Of a stretch of DNA of 56,756 bases, positions 42,614 through 51,943 are shown in pieces (position 1 is the first letter of the stretch; each line of letters begins with the position of its first letter). This DNA comes from a virus (taxonomy: Duplodnaviria; Caudoviricetes): positions 1-56,756 of IMG/VR virus record IMGVR_UViG_3300044730_000684; one strand, written 5' to 3'. Made by a program: the position numbers and the translations under genes. The notes under the pieces are model-generated. The model did no database searches and was not told the origin of the DNA. It was given only the letters and a program-made list of their open reading frames with translations.

Positions 42614-43292
42614 ATATGGCAAGTTTGGATTCAAGCGTTTTTCTGAAGGCGGGCTTGGGTACGAGGAAGATCCCCCGGAGTTTCGCGCAGATCGCAAAGG
42701 CGTAACGGCTCGTAAGTCTGTTACCAAGAAGACTGATGAAGTAAAAGCTGTTGAGAGCAAGAAACAGGGTTCTAGCGGCCCTTCGACTCGCAAAAGCTTC
42801 GGCACCAAGTCTGAATCTCGTGTTTCCAAGCGAGAGTTTGAACTGCCAAGTGATCGTGCGACGGGCTATCGCAGCCAAGTAGAAGACACCGGCATGACGG
42901 CTGAAGAGCGCAAGAACTTGGTCAAAAGTGGCGCTTTGGCTGCGGCTACAATGCTTCCGGTTGGACGGGCAATGCGCGCAGGGAACAAGGCATACGACAT
43001 TGCAAAAGCCGCTAAGGCCGCACAAAAAGCCGAAGACGCTGTGGCTGAAAAAGCTGCGCGTGGGTTATCGCGTCGTGACACCCCGAGTTACTCTGAAAGA
43101 TTTAGAGCGCAAAAAAGCGCGGCTGAACGCAGAGCGGCGAAGAAAGAGGGAAGACAACCGCGAGGGTTGCCTGATTGGCGTGGATTTACTGATGAGCCGG
43201 GACCGGATCAATCGTTTTTCAACAACGAGCCGTTTAAAAAAGGCGGCGTGGTTCGCGGTAAAAAGACAAAAAACTATTTTTCTAATTACTAA
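42603..43292 (+). CDS. Basic low-complexity protein between terL and portal
   Basis: K/R/A-rich ORF with FSEGG near the N-terminus and FKKGG near the C-terminus. Confidence 0.65.
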   Translation: MASKYGKFGFKRFSEGGLGYEEDPPEFRADRKGVTARKSVTKKTDEVKAVESKKQGSSGPSTRKSFGTKSESRVSKREFELPSDRATGYRSQVEDTGMTAEERKNLVKSGALAAATMLPVGRAMRAGNKAYDIAKAAKAAQKAEDAVAEKAARGLSRRDTPSYSERFRAQKSAAERRAAKKEGRQPRGLPDWRGFTDEPGPDQSFFNNEPFKKGGVVRGKKTKNYFSNY

Positions 43293-43303
43293 CGGTGGGT
43301 GCC

Positions 43304-45829
43304 ATGTCATCTGAGCCGAACGATCTAGACGAAGCCAAGGAAGATCTTGGTGAGATGTTTGAGCTACCGGAGGAGGTAGCCGACGTTGAAGACACCGAGG
43401 ACGGTGGGGCGATTGTTCGTTTTGGCGAAGAGGAAGAGGGCGAGCCGGAGGGCGAGTCGGAGTTTTACGCCAATCTTGCCGAGACGGTGCCGGAAGGCGA
43501 CATGGATGCGGTGGCTCAAGAGTTTTTGGGCCTGATTGCGAAGGATAAAGAGGCGCGAAAGAAGCGCGATGAGCAGTACGAAGAGGGGTTGCGAAGAACG
43601 GGACTTGGCGATGATGCACCGGGCGGCGCTCAGTTTCAGGGCGCAAGTCGGGTCGTCCATCCCATGCTCACTGAAGTCTGCGTGGACTTCTCTGCCCGAG
43701 CTATTAAAGAAATTTTCCCAGCCGAAGGACCCGTCAAGGACCACATTGTTGGAGAAGTGACGGCTCAAAAGGTGGCGAAAGCCGAGCGTAAGAGCCAGTA
43801 CATGAACTGGCAGTTGACGCAGCAGATGCCGGAGTTTCGGGCGGAGTTGGAGCAGTTGCTCACGCAAGTTCCGCTCGGTGGTGCGCAGTATTTGAAGCTG
43901 AGCTGGGACCCCAATAAGAAGCGTCCGGTTCCGCTCTTCATCGGCATTGATGACATTTATTTGCCGTATGCGGCGACGAACTTTTATTCGGCTGAGCGCA
44001 AGACGCACGTTCAATACGTGACGGAGATTGAGTATCAACAGCGTGTGCGCTCGGGGATGTACCGGGATGTAGATTTAGCGCCGACGACGGCGGACCCGGA
44101 TGTCTCGAAGTCTGAGAAGGCAAACAACAAGATCGAGGGCCGTGATGACGGCGCGTATGACATTGATGGTCTGCGCACGGTCTTTGAGATTTACGCAATC
44201 ACCGATTTGGAAGAAAAGTATGGTTTAGCGCCGTACATCATTTCGGTGGACAAGACGAGCGGCAAGGTGCTCTCCATCTATCGCAACTGGCGGGAAGAAG
44301 ACCCGACCATGGAGGAGATGCAGTGGATTATTGAGTTCCCGTTTGTGCCGTGGCGTGGTGCGTATCCGATCGGCATCCCGCAGATGATTGGCGGTATTTC
44401 AGCAGCGGCGACGGGCGCGCTTCGGGCGCTATTAGACTCGGCGCACATTGCGAACTTCCCCGGTATGTTGAAGCTGAAGGGTGGCCGCGAGGGTGGTCAG
44501 TCCGAGCGCATTGATCCGACTGAGGTGAAGGAGATTGAGGGCGGTGCGTTCAGCGATGACATTCGCAAGATCGCGATGCCGTTGCCGTTCAATCAGCCTT
44601 CGGAAGTGCTCTTCCGCTTGCTCGGGTTCTTGGTGGATGCGGGCAAGAATGTTGTTCGCACGACGATGGAAGGCATTGCCGATAGCAGCGCGAATATGCC
44701 AGTCGGTACGCAGCTTGCTCGCATTGAGCAAGGCATGATGGTCTTTAGCGCAATTCATGCACGACTGCACGATGCGATGGGCCGCACGCTCAAAGTGTTG
44801 CACCGTATCAACGCGATGTACCTTGAGGACGAAGAGGTCCGCGAGGAGCTGGGCGAATTGGTGGTGCGTCGGTCTGACTTTGAAGGGCCGATGGACATTG
44901 TGCCGGTGTCGGACCCGAACATTTTCTCTGAGACGCAGCGTTACGCTCAGGTTCAGGCTGTTGCGCAGCGAGCGTTGGCGTTGCCGCAGATTTACGATTT
45001 GCGCAAAGTTGAAGAGCGCATTTTAAGCCAGCTCAAGATCCCGAATGCCAAAGACCTGTTGCTCCCGGCTCCGAAGCCGAAGGAGATGAATGCGGTCAAT
45101 GAAAACGTGGCGGCTTCACTAGGTAGGCCCGTATCGGCGTTCCCCGAGCAGGATCATTTGGCGCACTTGCAGGCGCATTTGGATTATCTGACTTCTCCCA
45201 TTTTGGGAAGCTCAATGCTGATGGCTCCGGCTTTTGTGCCAGCCATTTTGAATCACATCAAAGAGCACATTGCGCTGTGGTATGCCAATCATGTCTTTGA
45301 AGTGGCTTCATCGGCAGCGGGGCAAGACATTAGCGAGTTCCAGAAGGTCAAGGACACCGAGGTCAAGAAAGGCTTTGATCAGCTTTTGGCAGCGGCGAGT
45401 CAGAAGGTTGTCCCGAATGCCGCAAAGGCGTTTGGTGCGATTCCGCAGATTGTTCAGCAGGCCGTTGGTGTGTTGCAGCAGTTGCAGGGCATGAACGCTC
45501 CGCAAGATCCGCGCATGGCCGCTCAAATGGCCGAGACGCAACGCAAAGCTCAGGCCGATCAGGTGTCGGCGCAGGTCAAGCAAGCCGAGTTGCAGTTGGA
45601 GCAGGCGAAGCTTCAATTGGAGCAAGCGCAGGCTCAGCAGCGTCAGCAGGACGGCTTGCGGCGTGAGATGCTCAAACAGGATCGCTTGGATGACCGACAG
45701 GCTGCGGAGCTTCAGGTCAAGATGCTTACGAACCGTGAGGACAACGACACGGCGAAACAAATTGCCGCGATGGAAGCGATCACGGGTGAAAAGGTTGGAG
45801 TTTCAACAGGCACGGGTATTAATCCGTAG
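43304..45829 (+). CDS. Portal protein (large, P22-like with C-terminal barrel helix)
   Basis: F.GAS.VVHPML.E, YMNWQLT, FSAIHARLH, PVSDPNIFS, Gln-rich helical tail; follows terL. Confidence 0.88.
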   Translation: MSSEPNDLDEAKEDLGEMFELPEEVADVEDTEDGGAIVRFGEEEEGEPEGESEFYANLAETVPEGDMDAVAQEFLGLIAKDKEARKKRDEQYEEGLRRTGLGDDAPGGAQFQGASRVVHPMLTEVCVDFSARAIKEIFPAEGPVKDHIVGEVTAQKVAKAERKSQYMNWQLTQQMPEFRAELEQLLTQVPLGGAQYLKLSWDPNKKRPVPLFIGIDDIYLPYAATNFYSAERKTHVQYVTEIEYQQRVRSGMYRDVDLAPTTADPDVSKSEKANNKIEGRDDGAYDIDGLRTVFEIYAITDLEEKYGLAPYIISVDKTSGKVLSIYRNWREEDPTMEEMQWIIEFPFVPWRGAYPIGIPQMIGGISAAATGALRALLDSAHIANFPGMLKLKGGREGGQSERIDPTEVKEIEGGAFSDDIRKIAMPLPFNQPSEVLFRLLGFLVDAGKNVVRTTMEGIADSSANMPVGTQLARIEQGMMVFSAIHARLHDAMGRTLKVLHRINAMYLEDEEVREELGELVVRRSDFEGPMDIVPVSDPNIFSETQRYAQVQAVAQRALALPQIYDLRKVEERILSQLKIPNAKDLLLPAPKPKEMNAVNENVAASLGRPVSAFPEQDHLAHLQAHLDYLTSPILGSSMLMAPAFVPAILNHIKEHIALWYANHVFEVASSAAGQDISEFQKVKDTEVKKGFDQLLAAASQKVVPNAAKAFGAIPQIVQQAVGVLQQLQGMNAPQDPRMAAQMAETQRKAQADQVSAQVKQAELQLEQAKLQLEQAQAQQRQQDGLRREMLKQDRLDDRQAAELQVKMLTNREDNDTAKQIAAMEAITGEKVGVSTGTGINP

Positions 45830-45838
45830 AGGTGATTT

Positions 45839-46012
45839 ATGGCAAACGATTACATGAACCAGCACAAGATGATGGCTATGGGCATGAAGCTTGATGGCCA
45901 GAAGATGGTGAATGGTGGCCCGAAGAAGGGCATGGTTGACCAGTCGAAGGGTGTCAAGGGCGACCCGAAAGCAACGCCCGCCATGATTAGCAAAGGTAAA
46001 CAAAACGCATGA
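45839..46012 (+). CDS. Small Met/Lys/Gly-rich protein, 57 aa
   Basis: GAGGTG RBS; MANDYMNQHKMMAMGMKLDGQKMVNGGPKKG...; ATGA coupling. Confidence 0.65.
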   Translation: MANDYMNQHKMMAMGMKLDGQKMVNGGPKKGMVDQSKGVKGDPKATPAMISKGKQNA

Positions 46013-46206
46013 TTGAACGCATCATTGACGAATTGGAGTTGGCCAAGGCTCGCGTTGCACACGACGCGATGAAGCGGCAACTGGAAGGTAAGGATGCTTC
46101 GTTTGAATATGGCAAGGCAGTGGGCACTTACGCCGGGTTGCAGGCCGCATTAAGTTACATCGACCGTCTTCTAAAACAGGATGAAGACGACGAAGAGGAG
46201 TTTTAA
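46009..46206 (+). CDS. Small helical head-region protein
   Basis: EYGKAVGTYAGL..A pattern between portal and groES. Confidence 0.75.
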   Translation: MIERIIDELELAKARVAHDAMKRQLEGKDASFEYGKAVGTYAGLQAALSYIDRLLKQDEDDEEEF

Positions 46207-46605
46207 ATGTCAGCATTGGATGAGGCTTTTCCTAGTGTAGAGCCGGGTTTGGTTCCGTTTGGATCGCGAGTGCTAGTACAGATTCGCTCGGCAAAGAAGA
46301 CTTCTTCGGGTGGCATTATTCTGCACACCGAGACTCGTGAGACAGAGATCTGGAATACCCAGATCGCGAAGGTGGTCACCCTTGGACCGTTGGCGTTCAA
46401 GAACCGCAATACGATGGAATCATGGCCGGAAGGTAATTGGTGCAAACCGGGCGATTTTGTCCGAGTGCCAAAGTACGGCGGAGATCGTTGGAAAGTGCCG
46501 TATGGCAATGACGGGGAGGAAGAAGCCCTGTTTGTAATTTTCAACGATTTGGACATCGTGGGTGGCGTAGTGGGCGATCCGCTAGCCATCAAAGCGTTTA
46601 TCTGA
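46207..46605 (+). CDS. groES: GroES-like co-chaperonin
   Basis: PFGSRVLV, TSSGGIIL mobile loop, VV.LGP, GDFV...KYGG, FNDLDIVG. Confidence 0.9.
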   Translation: MSALDEAFPSVEPGLVPFGSRVLVQIRSAKKTSSGGIILHTETRETEIWNTQIAKVVTLGPLAFKNRNTMESWPEGNWCKPGDFVRVPKYGGDRWKVPYGNDGEEEALFVIFNDLDIVGGVVGDPLAIKAFI

Positions 46606-46613
46606 GGTGACTT

Positions 46614-47603
46614 ATGGGTGAAAAAAATCAGTTAACAGAAAATGACGACGTTTCAGAAAAAGAAGAGTACGTCGTTACGGAAACTCCTCCAGAAGAGGAG
46701 AACGTAGAGCAGCAGGCTGACGCCCCAGAGGCTTTGGCAGAAGAAGATGACGGCGACGATGAGCGTCTTGCTGATTCCGATGACGGCGAAGAAGACGAAA
46801 AGGCTAATGGCAAGCGTCAGCTGACTCCGGAAGAGAAGCGTGCGCAGCGTCAAAATCGTAAGTTCCGTCGCCGTGCGGCGATTGAGCACAAAGAGCGCGA
46901 GTTGGCGTTTTTGCGTGCTGAGAACGAAGAGTTTAAGCGCCGCTTATTGAGCGTTGAAAAGCAGACTTCGCAGTTTAACGTCAACGCCGTGGACCAGAAG
47001 CTAAGCGAGGCTTTGAACGAAGCCCAGTTAGCCGAACGCATTATGGCTAAGGCCATTGAGCAGGGTCAGGGTGAGGATGTCACGAAGGCGCTTCAGATTC
47101 GCGATGCGGCGTTGGAGCGGGCGCGCCAACTTAAGGCTGCGAAGGAAGAGGCCGAAAAGCCCCGTCCCGAAGCCAAGCCGGGTAAAGATCCTCGCGTGGC
47201 GGCGTATGCCCAAGAGTGGATCAAGATGAACGATTGGTACGATCCGTCCGGCAAGGATGAGGATTCAGCGATCGTTAAGGTCATTGACCAGCGCTTGGCA
47301 GCGGAAGGATATAACCCTGCCACGGAAGATTATTGGGTTGAGTTGGACAACCGGGTCGCCCGCAGGCTCCCGCATCGTTACGGAGAGGAAGCCGTGGAAA
47401 AGCCAAAACAGGCTGCGAAAAGGGGCGGTCCTCCGGTTGGTGGTAAGCGCGAATATGCGCCGCCGTCCACTCGAAAAGAGGTGTATATCAGCCCTGAGCG
47501 CAAGCAGGCGCTCATCGACGCAGGCGTCTGGGACAACCCGGAGTTGCGTCAACGCTACATAAAGCGTTATGCTGAATACGATCGTAATTCTTCTTCTCGC
47601 TAA
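46614..47603 (+). CDS. Capsid scaffolding protein
   Basis: Acidic N-terminus, long coiled coil, W...N.W, Y..ELD.R; position before the capsid genes. Confidence 0.72.
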   Translation: MGEKNQLTENDDVSEKEEYVVTETPPEEENVEQQADAPEALAEEDDGDDERLADSDDGEEDEKANGKRQLTPEEKRAQRQNRKFRRRAAIEHKERELAFLRAENEEFKRRLLSVEKQTSQFNVNAVDQKLSEALNEAQLAERIMAKAIEQGQGEDVTKALQIRDAALERARQLKAAKEEAEKPRPEAKPGKDPRVAAYAQEWIKMNDWYDPSGKDEDSAIVKVIDQRLAAEGYNPATEDYWVELDNRVARRLPHRYGEEAVEKPKQAAKRGGPPVGGKREYAPPSTRKEVYISPERKQALIDAGVWDNPELRQRYIKRYAEYDRNSSSR

Positions 47604-47621
47604 ACAAGGGAGCGAGTTACT

Positions 47622-48158
47622 ATGAGCGACGAAAGACTGAAGAAAGCACTTAACGAAGGGCGTGAGAATCGGCTTGCGTATGATCGCGCAGCAACTGAGA
47701 GCCGTGAGCTGTCAGACGATGCCCGTGTTGAGATGTTTCGGCAGCAGTTTATTCAGGCCGCGTTGCCTGATTTGCCAAAAATTCCGGGTTACCACACTTG
47801 CTGGTTGACCACCACGAACCCTAGAGATTCGATCCAGTCTCGCATTCGGCTAGGTTATGAGCCGATTAAACCCGAAGATGTTCCCGGTTGGGAGTATGTT
47901 TCGATTAAGACTGGCGAATGGGCAGGTTTCGTTGGAGTCAACGAGATGTTGGCGTTTAAGCTTCCCATGTCGCTGTACAAAAAGTACATGCAGGCGGTGC
48001 ACTACGATGCCCCCAATGAGGAAGAAGCGCGGCTGATTGGTGCGAATGAGCGTATGCGTGAGCAAGCTGAACGCGCCGGTTCAAGGATGGACGAAGGTGA
48101 TGGCATGTCGGCAATTCGGGAATCCGCTAAGGTACGCGCACCAAATGAGTGGGCGTAA
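47622..48158 (+). CDS. Conserved head-module protein of unknown function
   Basis: PGYH..W, R..LGYEP, V.EMLAFK.P. Confidence 0.7.
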   Translation: MSDERLKKALNEGRENRLAYDRAATESRELSDDARVEMFRQQFIQAALPDLPKIPGYHTCWLTTTNPRDSIQSRIRLGYEPIKPEDVPGWEYVSIKTGEWAGFVGVNEMLAFKLPMSLYKKYMQAVHYDAPNEEEARLIGANERMREQAERAGSRMDEGDGMSAIRESAKVRAPNEWA

Positions 48159-48188
48159 TTAGCAATTACGTTTTGTGAGGATTTAATT

Positions 48189-48749
48189 ATGCCTTCGACC
48201 AGTGCAGCTTTTGGCCTGCGTCCGGCTTTTCATCCGAGCGGGGTTGTTCGCCCTGTCGCGATGACTATTGAGTCGGGCTACAACGCCAACATTCTCCAGT
48301 TCCAGCCAGTCCTGATTAGTGCCACGGGCAACATTCAGGCTGCTGGTGCCAGTACTCCCTTCGTGGGTTCGTTCATGGGTGTCGAGTTCACCGATACCGA
48401 TGGTCGCCGCCGCGTGAGCAACAAGTGGACCGCCGGAACTTCGGCTACGGACATTGTTGCTTATGTGACGACCGATCCGGCTATCGTGTACGAGATCCAG
48501 TCGGACGCAACCTTGTCGCTTGCGGATATTGGTTCTCAGATGGACTTTGACAGTGTTACCGCTGGTAGCACGACGACTGGCCTCTCTGCGGCCATGTTGG
48601 ACGTTGCTTCCAAGACCACCTCGGGCAACGCTCTTTGCCGTGTTGTTAACCTCCAGCCGGATGTCAACAACGCTTGGGGCGACGCTTATGTCATCGTTCA
48701 AGTCCAGATCAGCGAGCACCAGTTTGTCGCTGACCGGGCAGCCATTTAA
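48189..48749 (+). CDS. Capsid decoration / minor capsid protein
   Basis: AFGLRP, G.F.GVEFTD, DP.IVYEIQ; beta-rich, directly before the MCP. Confidence 0.7.
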   Translation: MPSTSAAFGLRPAFHPSGVVRPVAMTIESGYNANILQFQPVLISATGNIQAAGASTPFVGSFMGVEFTDTDGRRRVSNKWTAGTSATDIVAYVTTDPAIVYEIQSDATLSLADIGSQMDFDSVTAGSTTTGLSAAMLDVASKTTSGNALCRVVNLQPDVNNAWGDAYVIVQVQISEHQFVADRAAI

Positions 48750-48762
48750 GGAGGACTAGAAC

Positions 48763-49677
48763 ATGGCAGTCCCAATGCGTAGTACTGACTTTCGTTCCAT
48801 TGTTGAGCCTATTCTTAACGAGGCTTTCGATGGCATTTATGACCAGCGTGCTGACGAGTGGAAGCAAGTATTCGTCCAGCAGCAGGGCATTCCCCGCAAC
48901 TACCACGAAGAGCCGGTTCTGTACGGATTCGGCGCTGCTCCGGAACTTCCGGACGGCACCCCGGTCACGTATGACGCTGGCGGCGTGCTCTTCTTGCAGC
49001 GTTACGTCTACAAGGTCTACGGCCTTGCATTCGCGCTCACGAAGGTACTCGTGGAAGACGGTGACCACATCCGTATCGGCCAGACCTATGCCAAGCACTT
49101 GGCGCAGTCGCTGATCGAGACGAAGGAAACCCTCGGCGCTAACATCCTTAACCGCGCTTTCACCTCCGGCTACAACGGCGGTGACGGTGTGACGCTTGTT
49201 GCGACGAACCACCCGATTGCTACGGGTACGTTCAGCAACCAGCTCACGACCCCGGCGAACCTGTCCCAGACCTCGCTTGAGCAGATCCTCATTCAGATCC
49301 GCAACGCTGTTGACAACAACGGCAAGCGCATCCGTTTGAACCCGGAGAAGCTCGTTGTGTCGCCGTCGAACGTGTTCCAAGCGGAAGTGCTCCTCAAGAG
49401 CGTTCTCCGTACTGGCACGGCTGACAACGACATCAACCCGGTGAAGTCGATGGGCCTCCTCGCTGGCGGTCAGGCCAACCTCTCGCGTTTGACCTCGACC
49501 ACCGCTTGGTGGGTGAAGACGGACGCGCCGGAAGGTCTGAAGCTGATGATGCGTCGTGGCCTTGAGAAGAGCATGGAAGGTGACTTCGAAACCGACTCCA
49601 CGCGCTTCAAGAGCACGGAGCGTTATGCGTTCGGATGGACCGATCCTCGGACGGTCTATGGCACAGCTGGCGTTTGA
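48763..49677 (+). CDS. Major capsid protein (HK97 fold, Mu gpT-like annotation class)
   Basis: 304 aa; GGDGV.L....HP, L...SLE, P.KL.V, DFET...RFK..ERY.FGWTDPR; GGAGG RBS; terminator after. Confidence 0.9.
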   Translation: MAVPMRSTDFRSIVEPILNEAFDGIYDQRADEWKQVFVQQQGIPRNYHEEPVLYGFGAAPELPDGTPVTYDAGGVLFLQRYVYKVYGLAFALTKVLVEDGDHIRIGQTYAKHLAQSLIETKETLGANILNRAFTSGYNGGDGVTLVATNHPIATGTFSNQLTTPANLSQTSLEQILIQIRNAVDNNGKRIRLNPEKLVVSPSNVFQAEVLLKSVLRTGTADNDINPVKSMGLLAGGQANLSRLTSTTAWWVKTDAPEGLKLMMRRGLEKSMEGDFETDSTRFKSTERYAFGWTDPRTVYGTAGV

Positions 49678-49700
49678 CGGGAATCAGTCCAAAAGACTGG

Positions 49701-49730
49701 AGAGAGGGGGCTTCGGCCCCCTTTCTTTTT
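49701..49730 (+). terminator. Intrinsic terminator after the MCP gene
   Basis: AGGGGGC-TTCG-GCCCCCT then TTCTTTTT. Confidence 0.88.
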
Positions 49731-49732
49731 GC

Positions 49733-49760
49733 TTGACGGCGTTATAGAAAAGCCTAAACT
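49733..49760 (+). promoter_or_regulatory. Possible sigma70 promoter
   Basis: TTGACG-16-TAAACT directly upstream of the structured RNA. Confidence 0.4.
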
Positions 49761-49769
49761 AGAAAATAG

Positions 49770-49840
49770 GACTAGGTGTAACCAGCCCATCTGACCGGCC
49801 TAGCGGACGATGCACAGACAGATGGGCGACTCGTGCATGA
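49770..49840 (+). ncRNA. Pseudoknotted RNA element downstream of the MCP gene (Mu-gpT-DE-like)
   Basis: Interleaved helices CTAGG/CCTAG, GCCCATCTG/CAGATGGGC and ATGCAC/GTGCAT; position matches the described Mu-gpT-DE motif. Confidence 0.6.
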
Positions 49841-49849
49841 GGTGATGCA

Positions 49850-50086
49850 ATGGCTAATACAACTTTTACCGGCCCGGTTAATTCGCTTAACGGATTTTCG
49901 GGCACTATTCTCACCGTTGCTTCGGCCACGGTAACCAATCTTGTTTGCACTTCGCTAACGATTGGCTCGACCAAGCTGACCACGGGTTCAGTTTCGGGCA
50001 CGATTGCTGATCAAGCGGGTCGCATCCCGGTGTTGATAGGAAGCACCACACGTTACATCGCTCTGTACAGCAGCCTGACTCCGTAA
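49850..50086 (+). CDS. Small virion protein (head spike/fibre-like)
   Basis: MANTTFTGPVNS.NGF start; ends IG.T.RYIALY; GAGGTG RBS. Confidence 0.75.
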   Translation: MANTTFTGPVNSLNGFSGTILTVASATVTNLVCTSLTIGSTKLTTGSVSGTIADQAGRIPVLIGSTTRYIALYSSLTP

Positions 50087-50093
50087 ATTCGCT

Positions 50094-50118
50094 GGGGGGC
50101 TTCGGCCCCCTTTGCTTG
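50094..50118 (+). terminator. Intrinsic terminator
   Basis: GGGGGGC-TTCG-GCCCCCT then TTGCTT. Confidence 0.75.
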
Positions 50119-50139
50119 TGATTGTGAGGGAAAGCAACC

Positions 50140-50769
50140 ATGCGTCCTATTAGTTTTACAAGATCACAGCCTACAGCGAACATTGCGAGCATCGTCACGG
50201 CTCAATCTTTGAGTGTGTCGGGTGCAATTACGCTGGATGGTGCGTTGGTATCTAACGGTGTGGCTACGCTAACGGTGCCTGCGGTGCTGATTGCGTACAG
50301 CCAAGCCTCTTCCACAATTAACTTTGTGGTGACGGGTACGGGTCCTGCGGGCCAGTCTCAAGTTGAGACGCTTGCGGTAACGGCGTCGGGCAACCTTACG
50401 GGTTCGTTGTCGTTTGCGACAGTGACCAGCATTGTTTCTGATTCCGCCGCAGCTTCGACCATTAGCATCGGAAACGGTGTGCCAGGTTACACAGCTTGGA
50501 TTCCGCTCGACATCTACACGCCGAATCAGGCCACGAACATTTCCGCAAAGAAGAGCGGAACCGTGAACTACTCGGTTGAGTACACGAACGAAGATCCGTT
50601 TAATACGAGCATCCAGCAGCTGGCGGTGCCGCATCCAAATGCGAGTCTGACAAACTCAACGTCTGATGAGACGCAGTTCACGACCACGTTGATGCGTGCG
50701 GTGCGACTGAAGATCAACTCAGGCGACGGGTCTGTGCGATTCACGATCGTGCAGCAGTCCACGAAGTAA
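50140..50769 (+). CDS. Beta-rich structural protein
   Basis: Ser/Thr-rich; C-terminal Y.VEYT...AVRL jelly-roll-like pattern. Confidence 0.7.
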   Translation: MRPISFTRSQPTANIASIVTAQSLSVSGAITLDGALVSNGVATLTVPAVLIAYSQASSTINFVVTGTGPAGQSQVETLAVTASGNLTGSLSFATVTSIVSDSAAASTISIGNGVPGYTAWIPLDIYTPNQATNISAKKSGTVNYSVEYTNEDPFNTSIQQLAVPHPNASLTNSTSDETQFTTTLMRAVRLKINSGDGSVRFTIVQQSTK

Positions 50770-50772
50770 GTC

Positions 50773-51477
50773 ATGGCTAACGTCAAGATTACGGACCTTA
50801 CAGCGGCGACAGCTCTGGGTGGTACGGAGCTGTTTGAGTGCGTGCAGGCTGCGACTTCGGTCAAAGCCTCTGCGACTCAGATCAAGACGTTTGTAGGCAG
50901 CTCGCTCAACATTACGGGCGGGGTCTTGGGATCGGTCACGATCAGCAACGCGGTTGGTGAGTTTGATTCGATTACGGTGACGGCGGGCGCGATTCCGTTT
51001 GACACGATTACGGGTCGATCATACGCGCAGAAAATATCGACTAGGGACCAAACTGCAACTTCCGCGAATGTTGCGTATGCCGTGTCATTTGATACCGGGT
51101 CATCGTGGGATAGCGGAATCACGGTCGCATCCAGCACGAATATTACCTTTGCGACGGCGGGCGTGTATTCATGTTCGATGAACTTTCAGCTCAAAAATAC
51201 CGACACCGCTAACCACACAGTTACCGTTTGGTACCAGAAAAACGGCACGAACGTCGCTAATACTGCCTCAACAATTAGTGTTCCTAAAGCAACTGACGGT
51301 GGTGTGACGGTGTTTGAACTTACGTTCCAAGAGCAAGTCACTGCGACTCAGTATTTGACTTTGTATTGGGCTACGACAAACACGGCTGTGACGATTGATT
51401 ACACTGCTGCGTCCGCTGGTCCTCCTAATGTCCCGGCGATTCCGTCTGTAATCTTTACAGCAAATAGGATCGTCTAA
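50773..51477 (+). CDS. Fibre-like structural protein with C1q/TNF-like C-terminal domain
   Basis: KITDL.AA anchor; ITF..AGVY....NFQL, VWY.KNG. Confidence 0.7.
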   Translation: MANVKITDLTAATALGGTELFECVQAATSVKASATQIKTFVGSSLNITGGVLGSVTISNAVGEFDSITVTAGAIPFDTITGRSYAQKISTRDQTATSANVAYAVSFDTGSSWDSGITVASSTNITFATAGVYSCSMNFQLKNTDTANHTVTVWYQKNGTNVANTASTISVPKATDGGVTVFELTFQEQVTATQYLTLYWATTNTAVTIDYTAASAGPPNVPAIPSVIFTANRIV

Positions 51478-51791
51478 TGAACTGCAAGGGCGACTGGTCA
51501 GAGTGGAAGCAGTTTGCCAAAGGCGGTGGCGCGTTTAAGAGTCCCGCTTGGCAGCGTAAGGCTGGGAAAAATCCGGAAGGCGGTCTGAACGAAGCGGGGC
51601 GACGTAGTGCAAAGCGCGAGGGGATGAACTTGAAGCCGCCGGTAAGTGCTGGACAGGCAAAGAAGTCCCCCAAAGCAGCGGCGCGTCGTCGATCGTTCTG
51701 TGCCCGGATGTCTGGAATGCCGGGACCGATGAAAGATGAGAAAGGTCGCCCGACGCGCAAAGCGTTGTCACTACGGAAGTGGGACTGCTGA
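51477..51791 (+). CDS. Small basic protein, DUF6321-like
   Basis: SPAWQRK.GKNP.GGLN..GR, RRRSFCARM, SLRKW.C. Confidence 0.75.
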   Translation: MNCKGDWSEWKQFAKGGGAFKSPAWQRKAGKNPEGGLNEAGRRSAKREGMNLKPPVSAGQAKKSPKAAARRRSFCARMSGMPGPMKDEKGRPTRKALSLRKWDC

Positions 51792-51792
51792 C

Positions 51793-51942
51793 ATGGCAAA
51801 GAAACCCGTTAAGAAAGTGAAAGTTAAAAAAGTTTTGTCTTTTACAGACAAGCTTGATATTCAGTTTTTGTTGCTAAAGGCGAAGTTTAATTCGCTGTTG
51901 GCGCGTATCAAATTGTTTGCAGCCAAGCTGCGAGGATACTGA
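51793..51942 (+). CDS. Small Lys-rich amphipathic protein, 49 aa
   Basis: Fills the gap exactly, with TGACATG junctions on both sides. Confidence 0.55.
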   Translation: MAKKPVKKVKVKKVLSFTDKLDIQFLLLKAKFNSLLARIKLFAAKLRGY

Positions 51943-51943
51943 C

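Noticed and set aside
39946-49793. CCCATCTG shared by the 39942/40020 repeats and the post-capsid RNA stem
   Set aside because: One extra 8-mer match is expected by chance in 56 kb; no further similarity
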